From NCBI GenBank assembly GCA_007134225.1, contig SLLE01000038.1, positions 2,785 to 66,784 of the forward strand: DNA of 64,000 nt, in the 5' to 3' direction. The notes under the pieces are model-generated. The model made no database searches. It saw only the letters and a list, made by a program, of their open reading frames with translations, and had not been told where the DNA came from. The stretch's first letter is position 1. Every line of letters begins with the position of its first letter. The position numbers were made by a program, and so were the translations under genes. Shown here piece by piece: positions 10,038-19,363 of this stretch. The DNA comes from Tindallia sp. Lineage in GTDB: Bacteria; Bacillota; Clostridia; Peptostreptococcales; Tindalliaceae.

Positions 10038-11113
10038 AAAAACATCGGAAGTCCAACTTTGCAAAAAGAGAGGAAAGGACCGCTTATAAGTTGTTGGTGC
10101 CGGCTCTGATTATCCTGCTCTTAATTGCCATTTATCCATTGGGACAGGTTTTTTACACCAGTTTTACCGACCGTCAGTTTGCCAGCGGTCAGGAAACTGA
10201 ATTTGTCGGCTTTGATAATTATCGCCGCTTATTGAGTGTGACGGTACAGCAGCTGGAACCGCTGGTAGATGAAGAGACCAATCAGATTGTCATCGATGAT
10301 GAAACGGGAAATACGGTTTACGAAAGACCCATCGATGTACTGCCGAGAGATCCGATTCGCTACCGTGAATATCGTCAGTTCAGCCTGATGGGCAATCAAT
10401 ATGTATTGGGAGCAACGGATGTGGATTTTATCGATGCCATTAAAAACACCGTGGTATTCACCGTTACTTCCGTTTTCCTAGAGCTGGTGCTGGGACTGGG
10501 AGTTGCCCTGGTAGTAAACAGCAATTTTAAAGGAAAAGGTGCTACCCGCACAGCTATGCTCATTCCTTGGGCGGTCATTACGGTAGTTTCTGCCCGAATG
10601 TGGGAGTGGATGCTGGCGCCCAACCGGACCGGTATGTTTAACATGCTGTTAGATCGGTTTGGTTTAACAGATGGAAGTATTGCCTTTCTGGCCAGCAGTT
10701 CTTTTCAACTGCCGGCCATGATCGCTGTAGATGTCTGGAAAACCACACCATTTATGGCATTGCTCCTTTTAGCCGGGTTGCAAACCATCCCGGATGAATT
10801 ATATGAAGCCGCTGCCATCGATGGCGCCGGGCCGGTAAAACAGTTTTTCAGCATCACCTTTCCACTGTTGAAGCCAGCCATGGCAGTTGCTCTGATTTTT
10901 AGAACCCTGGACGCTCTTCGGGTTTTTGACGTCTTCCAGGTGCTGTTGGGTCAAAGTGAATATTCCATGGCCACTTATAACTATTTTCAGCTTATCGGAA
11001 ACCGGAACATGGGGCTTGCCTCTGCTATTGGTGTGATCATTTTTATCATCATTTTCGGGTTTGCCATCATCTATATTAAATCGTTAGGAGTTGAGATGGA
11101 TGAAACCTCATAA
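10034..11113 (+). CDS. Sugar ABC transporter permease (MalF-like, long first external loop)
   Basis: TTG start after GGAGGGGGAAGG. Six TM segments. EAA-type loop EAAAIDGAGPVKQFFSITFPLL. Confidence 0.85.
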   Translation: MKKHRKSNFAKREERTAYKLLVPALIILLLIAIYPLGQVFYTSFTDRQFASGQETEFVGFDNYRRLLSVTVQQLEPLVDEETNQIVIDDETGNTVYERPIDVLPRDPIRYREYRQFSLMGNQYVLGATDVDFIDAIKNTVVFTVTSVFLELVLGLGVALVVNSNFKGKGATRTAMLIPWAVITVVSARMWEWMLAPNRTGMFNMLLDRFGLTDGSIAFLASSSFQLPAMIAVDVWKTTPFMALLLLAGLQTIPDELYEAAAIDGAGPVKQFFSITFPLLKPAMAVALIFRTLDALRVFDVFQVLLGQSEYSMATYNYFQLIGNRNMGLASAIGVIIFIIIFGFAIIYIKSLGVEMDETS

Positions 11114-11972
11114 AACCTTTCGTCAACGATTGCTCAAACTGGGATTTTATTTTGTTCTGATGATTATCTTTGTTTATCTGTTGTTTCCCTTTTACTGGGC
11201 CATTAATTCATCCCTTAAAACTGAAGCTCAGTTACAAATGACGCCTGCCACCATGGTGCCTCGAAACCCGGCAACAGGTGAATTAGCTCCAACCCTTCAA
11301 AACTACCGTGTTGTGTTCGACAACCAGCAGTTTGTCCGTGGAGTCATGAACAGTACCATCATCGCTTTTTCCACCACAGCTCTGGCATTGGTTGCCGGTT
11401 CTTTCGCCGCCTTTGCCCTGGGAAAACTACGTTTTCGGGGTAAAAAGCCAACCCTTTACCTGATTCTTGCCATGACCATGTTTCCGCAGGTAACGGTGCT
11501 GGCGGGACTTTACGCCGTTATACGGGCCCTGTCCTTACCGGCATTAATTAGCCTTATTTTGTCTTATATGATTTTTACACTGCCTTTTACTACCTGGGTA
11601 TTGACCTCGTTTTTTCGTGGACTACCCATGGCATTGCTGGAGTCGGCGCAGGTGGACGGGGCTACACCCTTTCAGACCTTCTATAAAATCATGTTGCCGC
11701 TGACGGCTCCGGCGATGGTGACCACAGGGCTATTGGCTTTTATTGCCGCCTGGAATGAATATCTATTTGCCCTGACTTTTACATCCATCGAACCTTCAGC
11801 AAGAACTGTACCGGTGGCCATCGCCTATTTTACAGGCGCTGTAGCCCGACAGGAACCCTTCGGTGAAATCATGGCCGCTGCCGTACTGGTGACGGTACCA
11901 ATTGTTTTATTGGTGCTGTTCTTCCAGCGTCGCATTGTGGCGGGACTGACAGCAGGTGCCGTGAAGGGTTAA
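11100..11972 (+). CDS. Sugar ABC transporter permease (MalG-like)
   Basis: ATG 11100 lies 9 nt after AGGAG (track start 11091 is TTG). EAA-type loop ESAQVDGATPFQTFYKIMLPL. Confidence 0.85.
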   Translation: MKPHKTFRQRLLKLGFYFVLMIIFVYLLFPFYWAINSSLKTEAQLQMTPATMVPRNPATGELAPTLQNYRVVFDNQQFVRGVMNSTIIAFSTTALALVAGSFAAFALGKLRFRGKKPTLYLILAMTMFPQVTVLAGLYAVIRALSLPALISLILSYMIFTLPFTTWVLTSFFRGLPMALLESAQVDGATPFQTFYKIMLPLTAPAMVTTGLLAFIAAWNEYLFALTFTSIEPSARTVPVAIAYFTGAVARQEPFGEIMAAAVLVTVPIVLLVLFFQRRIVAGLTAGAVKG

Positions 11973-12091
11973 TTTAAGTGATATTAACCAGATTCAGAAC
12001 GCTTTTGAAAGGGGGAATGCGAAAAAGAACGCAAAGGAATCTGATCATAAACCAACGATGGATTATGAAGAAAAAGGGGGAAAATGAAGTT

Positions 12092-13435
12092 ATGAAGAAA
12101 AGAACTTGGTTAAGCATGTTACTGGTATTGGTATTGATGTTTAGTTTACTTGCAGGTTGTGGGTCACCGGCTGAAGAACCTGCTGAAACCGGAGAACCGT
12201 CGGAAGAACCGGCGGAACCATCTGAAGAAGACGTCGTCATCACCGTTGCCGCGGGTGCCGTTGGTCAGGAACTGGAGTTAACACAAATGGCAGCACAAAT
12301 GTATATGGACGATAACCCAGGTGTTGTTGTAGAAGTGTTGGATACACCTGATTTGGCTCAGGACAGACTTGGACTGTACCTTCAGTTCTTTGAGGCCCAG
12401 AGTTCAGAAGTAGACGTATACCAGATCGACGTCATTTGGCCTGGAGATCTGGAAGAACACTTTGTGGATCTGTATGAGTACGGTGCCGAGGCCGTTGTGG
12501 GAGAGCATTTCCCAGCCATCGTAGAAAACAACACGGTGGACGGCAGACTGGTTGCTATTCCCTGGTTCACGGATGCTGGATTGCTGTACTATCGAACCGA
12601 CTTGCTGGAAAAATATGATTTGGATCCGCCGGAAACTTGGGAAGAGCTGGCACAGCAGGCTCAGGTTATTCAGCAAGGTGAAAGAGATGAAGGAAATCAA
12701 GACTTTGTCGGATTTGTATGGCAGGGAGATGCCTACGAAGGACTTACCTGCAATGCTTTGGAGTGGATTGCATCCAATGAAGGTGGAACCATTATCAGTC
12801 CGGAAGGCATAATTACCATCAACAATGAAAACGCAGTGGAAATGATCGACATGGCCGCCACCTGGGTAGGAACCATTTCTCCTGAGGGTGTAACCGGCAT
12901 GGCAGAAGAAGATGCCCGAGCTATCTGGCAAGGTGGAAATGCCGCTTTCATGAGAAACTGGCCCTATGCTTACAGTCTGGGACAGGAAGACGACAGTGCG
13001 GTAAAAGACCGGTTTGACGTAAGTCCATTGCCGGCCGGAGCCAATGGAGAGCCTGCCGCAACGTTAGGTGGATGGCAGCTGGCCGTCAGCCGATACAGCG
13101 AAAATCCTGAAATTGCCGCTGATGTAGCCCTATTCATGGCATCCTATGACATGCAGAAAATGAGAGCCGTTGACGGATCCCTTAACCCAACTATCATGGA
13201 TCTGTATGAAGACGATGATGTGCTGGAAGCTGCACCATTCTTCGGAAGTCTGTACGACGTATTCACCAATGCCGTTGCAAGACCTTCCACTGCCAGCGCA
13301 CCTAACTACAACGCTGTATCCACTGCTTTTTTCCGTGCTGTGCATGATGTTTTAAACGGAAACTTGGATGCTGCCACCGCCTTTGAAGAGCTGGAACTGG
13401 ATCTGCAGGACATCACCGGTTTTGATATTGAGTAA
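12092..13435 (+). CDS. Extracellular solute-binding lipoprotein (family 1 sugar SBP)
   Basis: Signal peptide MKKRTWLSMLLVLVLMFSLLAGC with lipobox, then an acidic Pro/Glu linker. The track ORF start 11978 is rejected. Confidence 0.85.
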   Translation: MKKRTWLSMLLVLVLMFSLLAGCGSPAEEPAETGEPSEEPAEPSEEDVVITVAAGAVGQELELTQMAAQMYMDDNPGVVVEVLDTPDLAQDRLGLYLQFFEAQSSEVDVYQIDVIWPGDLEEHFVDLYEYGAEAVVGEHFPAIVENNTVDGRLVAIPWFTDAGLLYYRTDLLEKYDLDPPETWEELAQQAQVIQQGERDEGNQDFVGFVWQGDAYEGLTCNALEWIASNEGGTIISPEGIITINNENAVEMIDMAATWVGTISPEGVTGMAEEDARAIWQGGNAAFMRNWPYAYSLGQEDDSAVKDRFDVSPLPAGANGEPAATLGGWQLAVSRYSENPEIAADVALFMASYDMQKMRAVDGSLNPTIMDLYEDDDVLEAAPFFGSLYDVFTNAVARPSTASAPNYNAVSTAFFRAVHDVLNGNLDAATAFEELELDLQDITGFDIE

Positions 13436-13523
13436 CTGACATATGAAAGTTTTAAACTGTCCGGGTAGGTCCGGACAGTTCTACATATCAATGATTACCA
13501 TATTAAATGGAGGCACTGCACCT

Positions 13524-15899
13524 ATGAAAAACACGAACCAAGCGATCTGGAACCATGAAGAGATTCATCCATGGAAAATAGTTGAAAAAGAATATCCGAG
13601 ACAGCTGAATGCCCTGAAAGAAACCCTGTTTTCTCAGGGAAACGGTTACTTGGGCTTGCGGGGAACTTTCGAAGAAGGATACGACGGACCGGAATCCTGT
13701 TCTATGGAAGGCACTTATATTAATGGGTTTTATGAAAAAACGCCGATTCACTATGATGAAAGCGCCTTTGGTTATGCCACCCATACAGAAACCATGTTGA
13801 ATGTTCCAAACGGCAAAAAAATCAACATTCTTCTGGAAGATGAACCCTTTAGTCTGGGCACCGGTCAAATCATGGCATATGGGCGTGATTTGGATTTTCG
13901 CACCGGTATTTTAACTCGCATGGTGACCTGGAAGTCTCCCAGAGGAAAGACGTTGCAGCTGAAATGGGAACGAATGGTTTCGTTTTCCATTCCCAATAAA
14001 GCCATCCTTCGATTAATCCTCACCCCACTGGATTTTGACGGCGAATTACGAATTAACTCCATGCTGGATGGCCATGTACAGAATCAGGAAGCAGCCGAAG
14101 ATCCTCGCTTTGGAGCCAACTTGCGCGGGCAGGCCCTCAATGTTTTAGAGTCTTTTCAGGATGAAGAAAATGCCATGTTGCTGCAGCAAACCGTCAATTC
14201 CGGGCTGATTCTCCTAAGCGCTGTGAAAAATCGACTACAGACTCACTGTCATTACGAATCAGTTCAAACCTTCAAAGGTAGATTGTTGGAAAATGAATAC
14301 CACATCAAGGCCAGAAGGTTTATGGATATTCAACTGGAAAAAGAATTGTTCTACGCTGATGGTCAGGTGGATGAAAAAGACGACTTGATCCGTTCCTGGG
14401 AAAATATTCTGCTGCATAGGAAAGAACTCCAGTGGGATTCCACGGTTGAAAGCCAAGAAAAATGGCTGAGGGATTTTTGGAATCAAACGGATGTCACCAT
14501 AGAAGGCGATGAAAGACAGCAACAGGGAATTCGGTTTAACCTTTTTCAGTTACTGCAATCCACCGGTCAAAATGGAAAAACCACTGTTTCTGCCAAAGGA
14601 TTGACAGGAGAAGGGTATCAGGGGCACTATTTTTGGGATACAGAAATATACATCATGCCTTTTATCCTCTATAGTCAGCCGGAAATGGCCAGAAAACTGC
14701 TAGAGTATCGTTATCATATTCTACCAAAGGCAAGGGAACGTGCGTGGACATTGTTTCGTCAAAAAGGGGCCCTTTATCCTTGGCGAACCATTGCCGGTGA
14801 AGAATGCTCATCCTATTACCCAGCTGGAACAGCACAATATCATCTTAACGCAGACATCGCATTTTCCATCAAAAAATACTGGGAAGCCACCGGAGATGAG
14901 GATTTTATGTATCGGTACGGGGCTGAAATCCTTTTGGAAACAGCACGAATCTGGATGCTGATCGGTCATTTTTCTACCGGAAAAAAAAGTCGATTTGTCA
15001 TCAATACCGTCACTGGACCGGATGAATACACCGCACTGGTCAACAACAACTATTTCACCAACTTAATGGCAAGCCATCATCTGTCTTTTGCCTGGCATTA
15101 CAGCCAGAAGCTGAAAGAAGAAATGCCGGCTGTGTATCGTAATCTTGCAGAAGAAATTGAATTGGAAGAAAAAGAACGGCTCTTATGGCAAAAAGCCAGT
15201 GAGAACATGTATTATGCATCCAAGGATGAAAAGGGAATCATCCCACAGGACGACAGTTTTATGGAAAAAGCATATTGGAATTTTGAGGCCACACCGTCGG
15301 AACAATATCCTTTACTACTGCATTATCATCCTCTGGAAATCTACCGGCATCAGGTTTGTAAGCAGGCGGATCTGGTCTTGGCCATGTTTTTGCTCCATAC
15401 CCATTTTACTTTGCAAGAAAAAGCCACCAATGTTCATTATTATGATGCCATTACCACACATGATTCATCGCTCTCCACCTGTATTTTCAGCATACTCTAT
15501 GCAGAAATCGGAGAGATGGAAAAAGCCGAAGAATTGTTCTTAAAGAACATTCGCATGGATTTGGACAATCTCCACGGTAATACCCATCAGGGCATTCACG
15601 CAGCTGCGATGGGGGGAGCATGGATGTGTATTGTCAATGGTTTTGCCGGTATGCGCACCTGGGAAAAACAAATCCTTTTTTCTCCCGAAATACCAGAAGA
15701 GTGGGATGCTTATGGGTTTCAGGTGGTATTTCTGGGTAATGTGATAAGAGTGAACATATCGAAACAGGAGACACGCTATCAATTAACAAAAGGAGAAGGT
15801 CTTTGCATCGGCCATAAAGAAGAATCCTTTAGGCTGACGGCGGAAAATCCCATTAAAATCATGAAAAGAGGTGGCCTAAATGGCAGGATTAAAGCTTAA
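13524..15899 (+). CDS. GH65 family alpha-glucoside phosphorylase (kojibiose/trehalose/maltose phosphorylase-like)
   Basis: N-terminal LFSQGNGYLGLRGTFEEG, (alpha/alpha)6 region GHYFWDTEIY, general-acid region VTGPDEYTALVNNNYFTN. ATG 13524 lies 10 nt after GGAGG. Confidence 0.85.
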   Translation: MKNTNQAIWNHEEIHPWKIVEKEYPRQLNALKETLFSQGNGYLGLRGTFEEGYDGPESCSMEGTYINGFYEKTPIHYDESAFGYATHTETMLNVPNGKKINILLEDEPFSLGTGQIMAYGRDLDFRTGILTRMVTWKSPRGKTLQLKWERMVSFSIPNKAILRLILTPLDFDGELRINSMLDGHVQNQEAAEDPRFGANLRGQALNVLESFQDEENAMLLQQTVNSGLILLSAVKNRLQTHCHYESVQTFKGRLLENEYHIKARRFMDIQLEKELFYADGQVDEKDDLIRSWENILLHRKELQWDSTVESQEKWLRDFWNQTDVTIEGDERQQQGIRFNLFQLLQSTGQNGKTTVSAKGLTGEGYQGHYFWDTEIYIMPFILYSQPEMARKLLEYRYHILPKARERAWTLFRQKGALYPWRTIAGEECSSYYPAGTAQYHLNADIAFSIKKYWEATGDEDFMYRYGAEILLETARIWMLIGHFSTGKKSRFVINTVTGPDEYTALVNNNYFTNLMASHHLSFAWHYSQKLKEEMPAVYRNLAEEIELEEKERLLWQKASENMYYASKDEKGIIPQDDSFMEKAYWNFEATPSEQYPLLLHYHPLEIYRHQVCKQADLVLAMFLLHTHFTLQEKATNVHYYDAITTHDSSLSTCIFSILYAEIGEMEKAEELFLKNIRMDLDNLHGNTHQGIHAAAMGGAWMCIVNGFAGMRTWEKQILFSPEIPEEWDAYGFQVVFLGNVIRVNISKQETRYQLTKGEGLCIGHKEESFRLTAENPIKIMKRGGLNGRIKA

Positions 15900-16998
15900 A
15901 AACTTGAATAAGATTTACCCCAATGGATTTCATGCCGTACATGATATGAATCTGGATATAGAGGACAATGAGTTTGTTGTCTTTGTTGGTCCTTCCGGAT
16001 GTGGCAAATCAACGGCTCTCAGAATGATTGCCGGACTGGAGGAAATTTCCAGCGGGGAGCTTTATATCGGAGACCGTCTGGTAAATGATGTTTCCCCAAA
16101 GGACCGGGACATAGCCATGGTGTTCCAGAATTATGCGCTGTATCCCCACATGACCAATTATGAAAATATGGCATTTGGTCTCAAACTGCGAAACGTGCCA
16201 AAGGACGAAATTGATAAAAGTGTCAAGTATGCCGCCGAAATTCTTGGTCTGGAAAATCTTTTGGATAGAAAACCAAAAGAACTCTCTGGAGGTCAGCGGC
16301 AGCGGATCGCACTGGGACGAGCCATTGTTCGAGATCCTCGCGTATTCTTGATGGACGAGCCCCTGTCTAATTTGGATGCCAAGTTGCGGGTTCAAACCAG
16401 AGCAGAAATCAGCAAACTTCATCACAAACTAAAAACTACCTTTGTCTACGTTACCCATGATCAGACAGAAGCCATGACCATGGGCACACGTATCGTCGTT
16501 CTGAGAGACGGGTATGTCATGCAGGTGGATACACCCACGAACCTATACGAACATCCGGAAAATATGTTTGTCGCCGGCTTTATTGGATCCCCTCAGATGA
16601 ACTTTATTGAAGGGGAGTTGAATCAGGAGGAAGGACAGCTTTTTTTCTCCTTTAAAGGCGGAAAAGTCGCAGTACAGGAAGAAAAAGCTGCCCAGTTGAA
16701 ATCTCTGGAAGAACCAGTAAAAAAAGTTGTTATGGGAACCCGACCGGAGCATCTGGAAGTAGATACCATTCCGTCAGAAGAACAGGAAACTCCTGTCGAA
16801 AATAAAGCACTGGTGGAAGTGACAGAGCTTTTGGGCTCTGAAACCTATCTTTTCCTGAAAATAATGGAAGATCAAACGATTGTAGCACGGGTTGATCCTT
16901 CCATTAAAGTTTCCGTCAATGATCACGTGATCATCAAGCCAAGGCAGGATAAAATGCATTTTTTTCATCCGGAAACAGAACAGTCATTATTGACATAA
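15880..16998 (+). CDS. Sugar ABC transporter ATP-binding protein (MsmX/UgpC type)
   Basis: Walker A GPSGCGKST, signature LSGGQRQR, Walker B VFLMDEPLS. C-terminal TOBE-like domain. Confidence 0.9.
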   Translation: MAGLKLKNLNKIYPNGFHAVHDMNLDIEDNEFVVFVGPSGCGKSTALRMIAGLEEISSGELYIGDRLVNDVSPKDRDIAMVFQNYALYPHMTNYENMAFGLKLRNVPKDEIDKSVKYAAEILGLENLLDRKPKELSGGQRQRIALGRAIVRDPRVFLMDEPLSNLDAKLRVQTRAEISKLHHKLKTTFVYVTHDQTEAMTMGTRIVVLRDGYVMQVDTPTNLYEHPENMFVAGFIGSPQMNFIEGELNQEEGQLFFSFKGGKVAVQEEKAAQLKSLEEPVKKVVMGTRPEHLEVDTIPSEEQETPVENKALVEVTELLGSETYLFLKIMEDQTIVARVDPSIKVSVNDHVIIKPRQDKMHFFHPETEQSLLT

Positions 16999-17637
16999 AG
17001 CTTCAAGATCGGCCAGATGAAGGTTTTTAAAACCAGGAAAGATCATGTCTGCCTTCTCTAATACGCTGGGATTACCAATTCCCACCACTTTCATCCCGGC
17101 ATTCCGTGCAGCCTGTACACCAGCCAGGGCATCTTCAAAAACAAGGCAGTCCTTCGGTGGGCATAGAATGCCTTCAGCTGCCAGCAGGAAAACCTCTGGA
17201 TCTGGTTTGGCTTTCTGGGTCATAGTGCCGTCGGCAATAAAATCAAAATAATCAATAATTTCCAGTTGATCAAGGATAGTCCTGGCGTTCTTACTGGCAG
17301 AACCCAGGGCTGTTTTATATCGTCGTTCCTTTGCTTCGCGTAGAAACTCAAGCACTCCTGGTAAAATATCATTTGGCGTTAGAGTTTTCAAGTATTGGCG
17401 ATACCAAACATTTTTACGTTCAGCCCAATCCAGTTTTTTTTCCTCTGATGCCTGAACACCGCCGATTTGCAGTAGAATTTCCAAAGCGTGCATTCGACTG
17501 ACCCCCTTCAGCGCTTCATTTTGCGATTCGCTGAAGTGAAAATCAAGCTCGTCTGCCAGCTTCTTCCACGCCAGGTAGTGATACCTTGCCGTATCAACGA
17601 TGACACCATCCAGATCAAAAATTAACCCCTGAATCAT
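16987..17637 (-). CDS. pgmB: Beta-phosphoglucomutase (HAD superfamily)
   Basis: HAD motif I FDLDGVIVDT, a cap region typical of beta-PGM, and motif FEDALAGVQAA. ATG 17637 is preferred (alternative 17646). Confidence 0.8.
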   Translation of the reverse strand: MIQGLIFDLDGVIVDTARYHYLAWKKLADELDFHFSESQNEALKGVSRMHALEILLQIGGVQASEEKKLDWAERKNVWYRQYLKTLTPNDILPGVLEFLREAKERRYKTALGSASKNARTILDQLEIIDYFDFIADGTMTQKAKPDPEVFLLAAEGILCPPKDCLVFEDALAGVQAARNAGMKVVGIGNPSVLEKADMIFPGFKNLHLADLEALCQ

Positions 17638-17756
17638 TTTACTCATCCTTCCTGTGCTCAATAAACCTGCAATGAAAGACCTGTAAGGCTGTGTTATACT
17701 ATAAAACAATGAATACATCATTATTATAGCACGATTACACGATGGAGGAAGCAGGC

Positions 17757-19097
17757 ATGATCCGAAAAAACAAATCCCTGACAGCCCAAATAATGATTCT
17801 TGCTGGTCCGGCCATTATGGAAATGCTCATGCATACCTTGGTTTGGACGGCAGATACAGCAATGGTTGGCCGTTTAACAGCAGCGGATATTGCCGCTGTA
17901 AACCTGGGAGCTCACATAATGTTCACCACAGCCATGATTTTCGGCGCTCTCGGAATCGGTGCTACGGCCATGGTTGCCAGGCATATAGGTGCAGGAGAAG
18001 AAAGAGAAGCATCCCGACTGGCATCCCAGGCCGTCAGCCTTGGCATTCTCATCAGCATTCTGATTGGGACCGTTGGAATGTTAAGCTCCAACTGGGTTTT
18101 TCGAAGTTTAGTACAGGACCCAGAGGTGGTGGCCATTGGATCCATGTACCTTCGAATTGTTCTCATCGGAGTTTTTTTTCTCATTCCTCAAATGATTGGG
18201 AATGCCATTATTCGAGGAAGCGGGAATACTTTCGTTCCCTTTCTTTCTGCCGTTTTTGCCAATGTTTTCAATATCGTAGCTGATTATGTCCTTATTTTTG
18301 GTAAATTTGGCTTTCCTGCAATGGGTTCAAGAGGAGCTGCCATTGCAACCGGAACAGCACAAATTCTGGGAGCAGTGGTGACCTTTTATTTCCTTTTCAG
18401 TCAAAAAGGGAAAATAAAATTAAGATTGAAAGAAATGCATCTGTTTGAAATAGAAAATATTAAAAAACTTATAAAACTCAGCGTACCCGCCGGAATGGAA
18501 GTTTTCATGAACGAAGGCAGTCGTTTACTTTCTTCTTTCTGGATTGCCCAGTTGGGAACTATTGCGTATGCCGCTCACTCTCTTTCCGTTGCGGCGGAAT
18601 CCGTTTCCTTTATGCCCGGATATGGTTTTGCTGTTGCGGCCGCAACCATAGTGGGGCAGCAAATGGGTGCCGGAAATCTGGATATGGCGCTTAAAAGCAC
18701 ACGAAGATCGATTCTGTTGGCTGCTGTTCTTATGGGCTCCATCGGAACCTTGTTTTTTGTTTTTCCCTTTCAAATCATGAGGCTTTTCAGCAACCAGATA
18801 GATACAGTTCAATTGGCGGCAGCATGCCTTCGAATCGGAGCTTTTGAGCAGGTACCTATCGCAATCGCCATGGTCACCTCGGGGGCCCTGAAAGGTGCAG
18901 GCGATACGAAAGGACCTTTTGGTGTCTCACTCATTACCAATTTAGGGGTGCGTTTGCCACTGATCTTTTTGGCCATCTTTATTTTAGAGTTGCCTGTTAC
19001 GTATATCTGGTGGATTTCCGTTATACAGTATGTGGTGGAAGCCGTTCTGATGACGGCACGCTATCAAATAGGGAATTGGAAAACCATTAAGCTTTAG
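17757..19097 (+). CDS. MATE family efflux transporter
   Basis: 12 predicted TM segments and two MatE repeats. ATG 17757 follows GGAGGAAG. Confidence 0.85.
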   Translation: MIRKNKSLTAQIMILAGPAIMEMLMHTLVWTADTAMVGRLTAADIAAVNLGAHIMFTTAMIFGALGIGATAMVARHIGAGEEREASRLASQAVSLGILISILIGTVGMLSSNWVFRSLVQDPEVVAIGSMYLRIVLIGVFFLIPQMIGNAIIRGSGNTFVPFLSAVFANVFNIVADYVLIFGKFGFPAMGSRGAAIATGTAQILGAVVTFYFLFSQKGKIKLRLKEMHLFEIENIKKLIKLSVPAGMEVFMNEGSRLLSSFWIAQLGTIAYAAHSLSVAAESVSFMPGYGFAVAAATIVGQQMGAGNLDMALKSTRRSILLAAVLMGSIGTLFFVFPFQIMRLFSNQIDTVQLAAACLRIGAFEQVPIAIAMVTSGALKGAGDTKGPFGVSLITNLGVRLPLIFLAIFILELPVTYIWWISVIQYVVEAVLMTARYQIGNWKTIKL

Positions 19098-19298
19098 GAA
19101 AATCCATCGACTTTTTTTAACCCGCTACTGCGGTGGGTAAAATTTCAGCTGAAATATCACCGCCTTTCACGATTGTAAGGGAAAATCACTACATTGTTCA
19201 CAAAAAACAGGCAGAAAATATTCTAAAACGGTTTATTTCAAACAACTTATCCTTTATACTAAAGGTATTCTATGTTTAATCACTGAAGGATGAACAGA

Positions 19299-19363
19299 GA
19301 TAAACAGGATTCTTAGCTTCAGGTAGAGTTTTAACTCTATCTGAAGGTTAGAAACTGTTATCC
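19299..19363 (+). repeat. Conserved hairpin element, copy 1
   Basis: GATAAACAGGATTCTTAGCTTC followed by a 10-bp stem-loop and the closing strand CTGTTATC. 21/22 identity of the 5' part with copy 2 at 32407. Stem differences are compensatory. Confidence 0.6.

Noticed and set aside
17843-18283. 146-aa same-strand alternative-frame ORF inside the MATE gene, rich in Arg/Cys/His/Trp
   Set aside because: It is an out-of-frame reading of a membrane-protein gene. The composition is implausible and there is no start context.
19130-19168. Hairpin GCGGTG..ATTTCAGCTGAAAT..CACCGC after the MATE gene as an intrinsic terminator
   Set aside because: It is followed only by CTTTC, not a proper U-run. It is plausible but not supported well enough to list as a feature.
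19341-19356. CTGAAGG..GAAAC in hairpin copy 1, resembling a hammerhead CUGAUGA/GAAA core
   Set aside because: It does not match the core exactly and is not conserved in copy 2.
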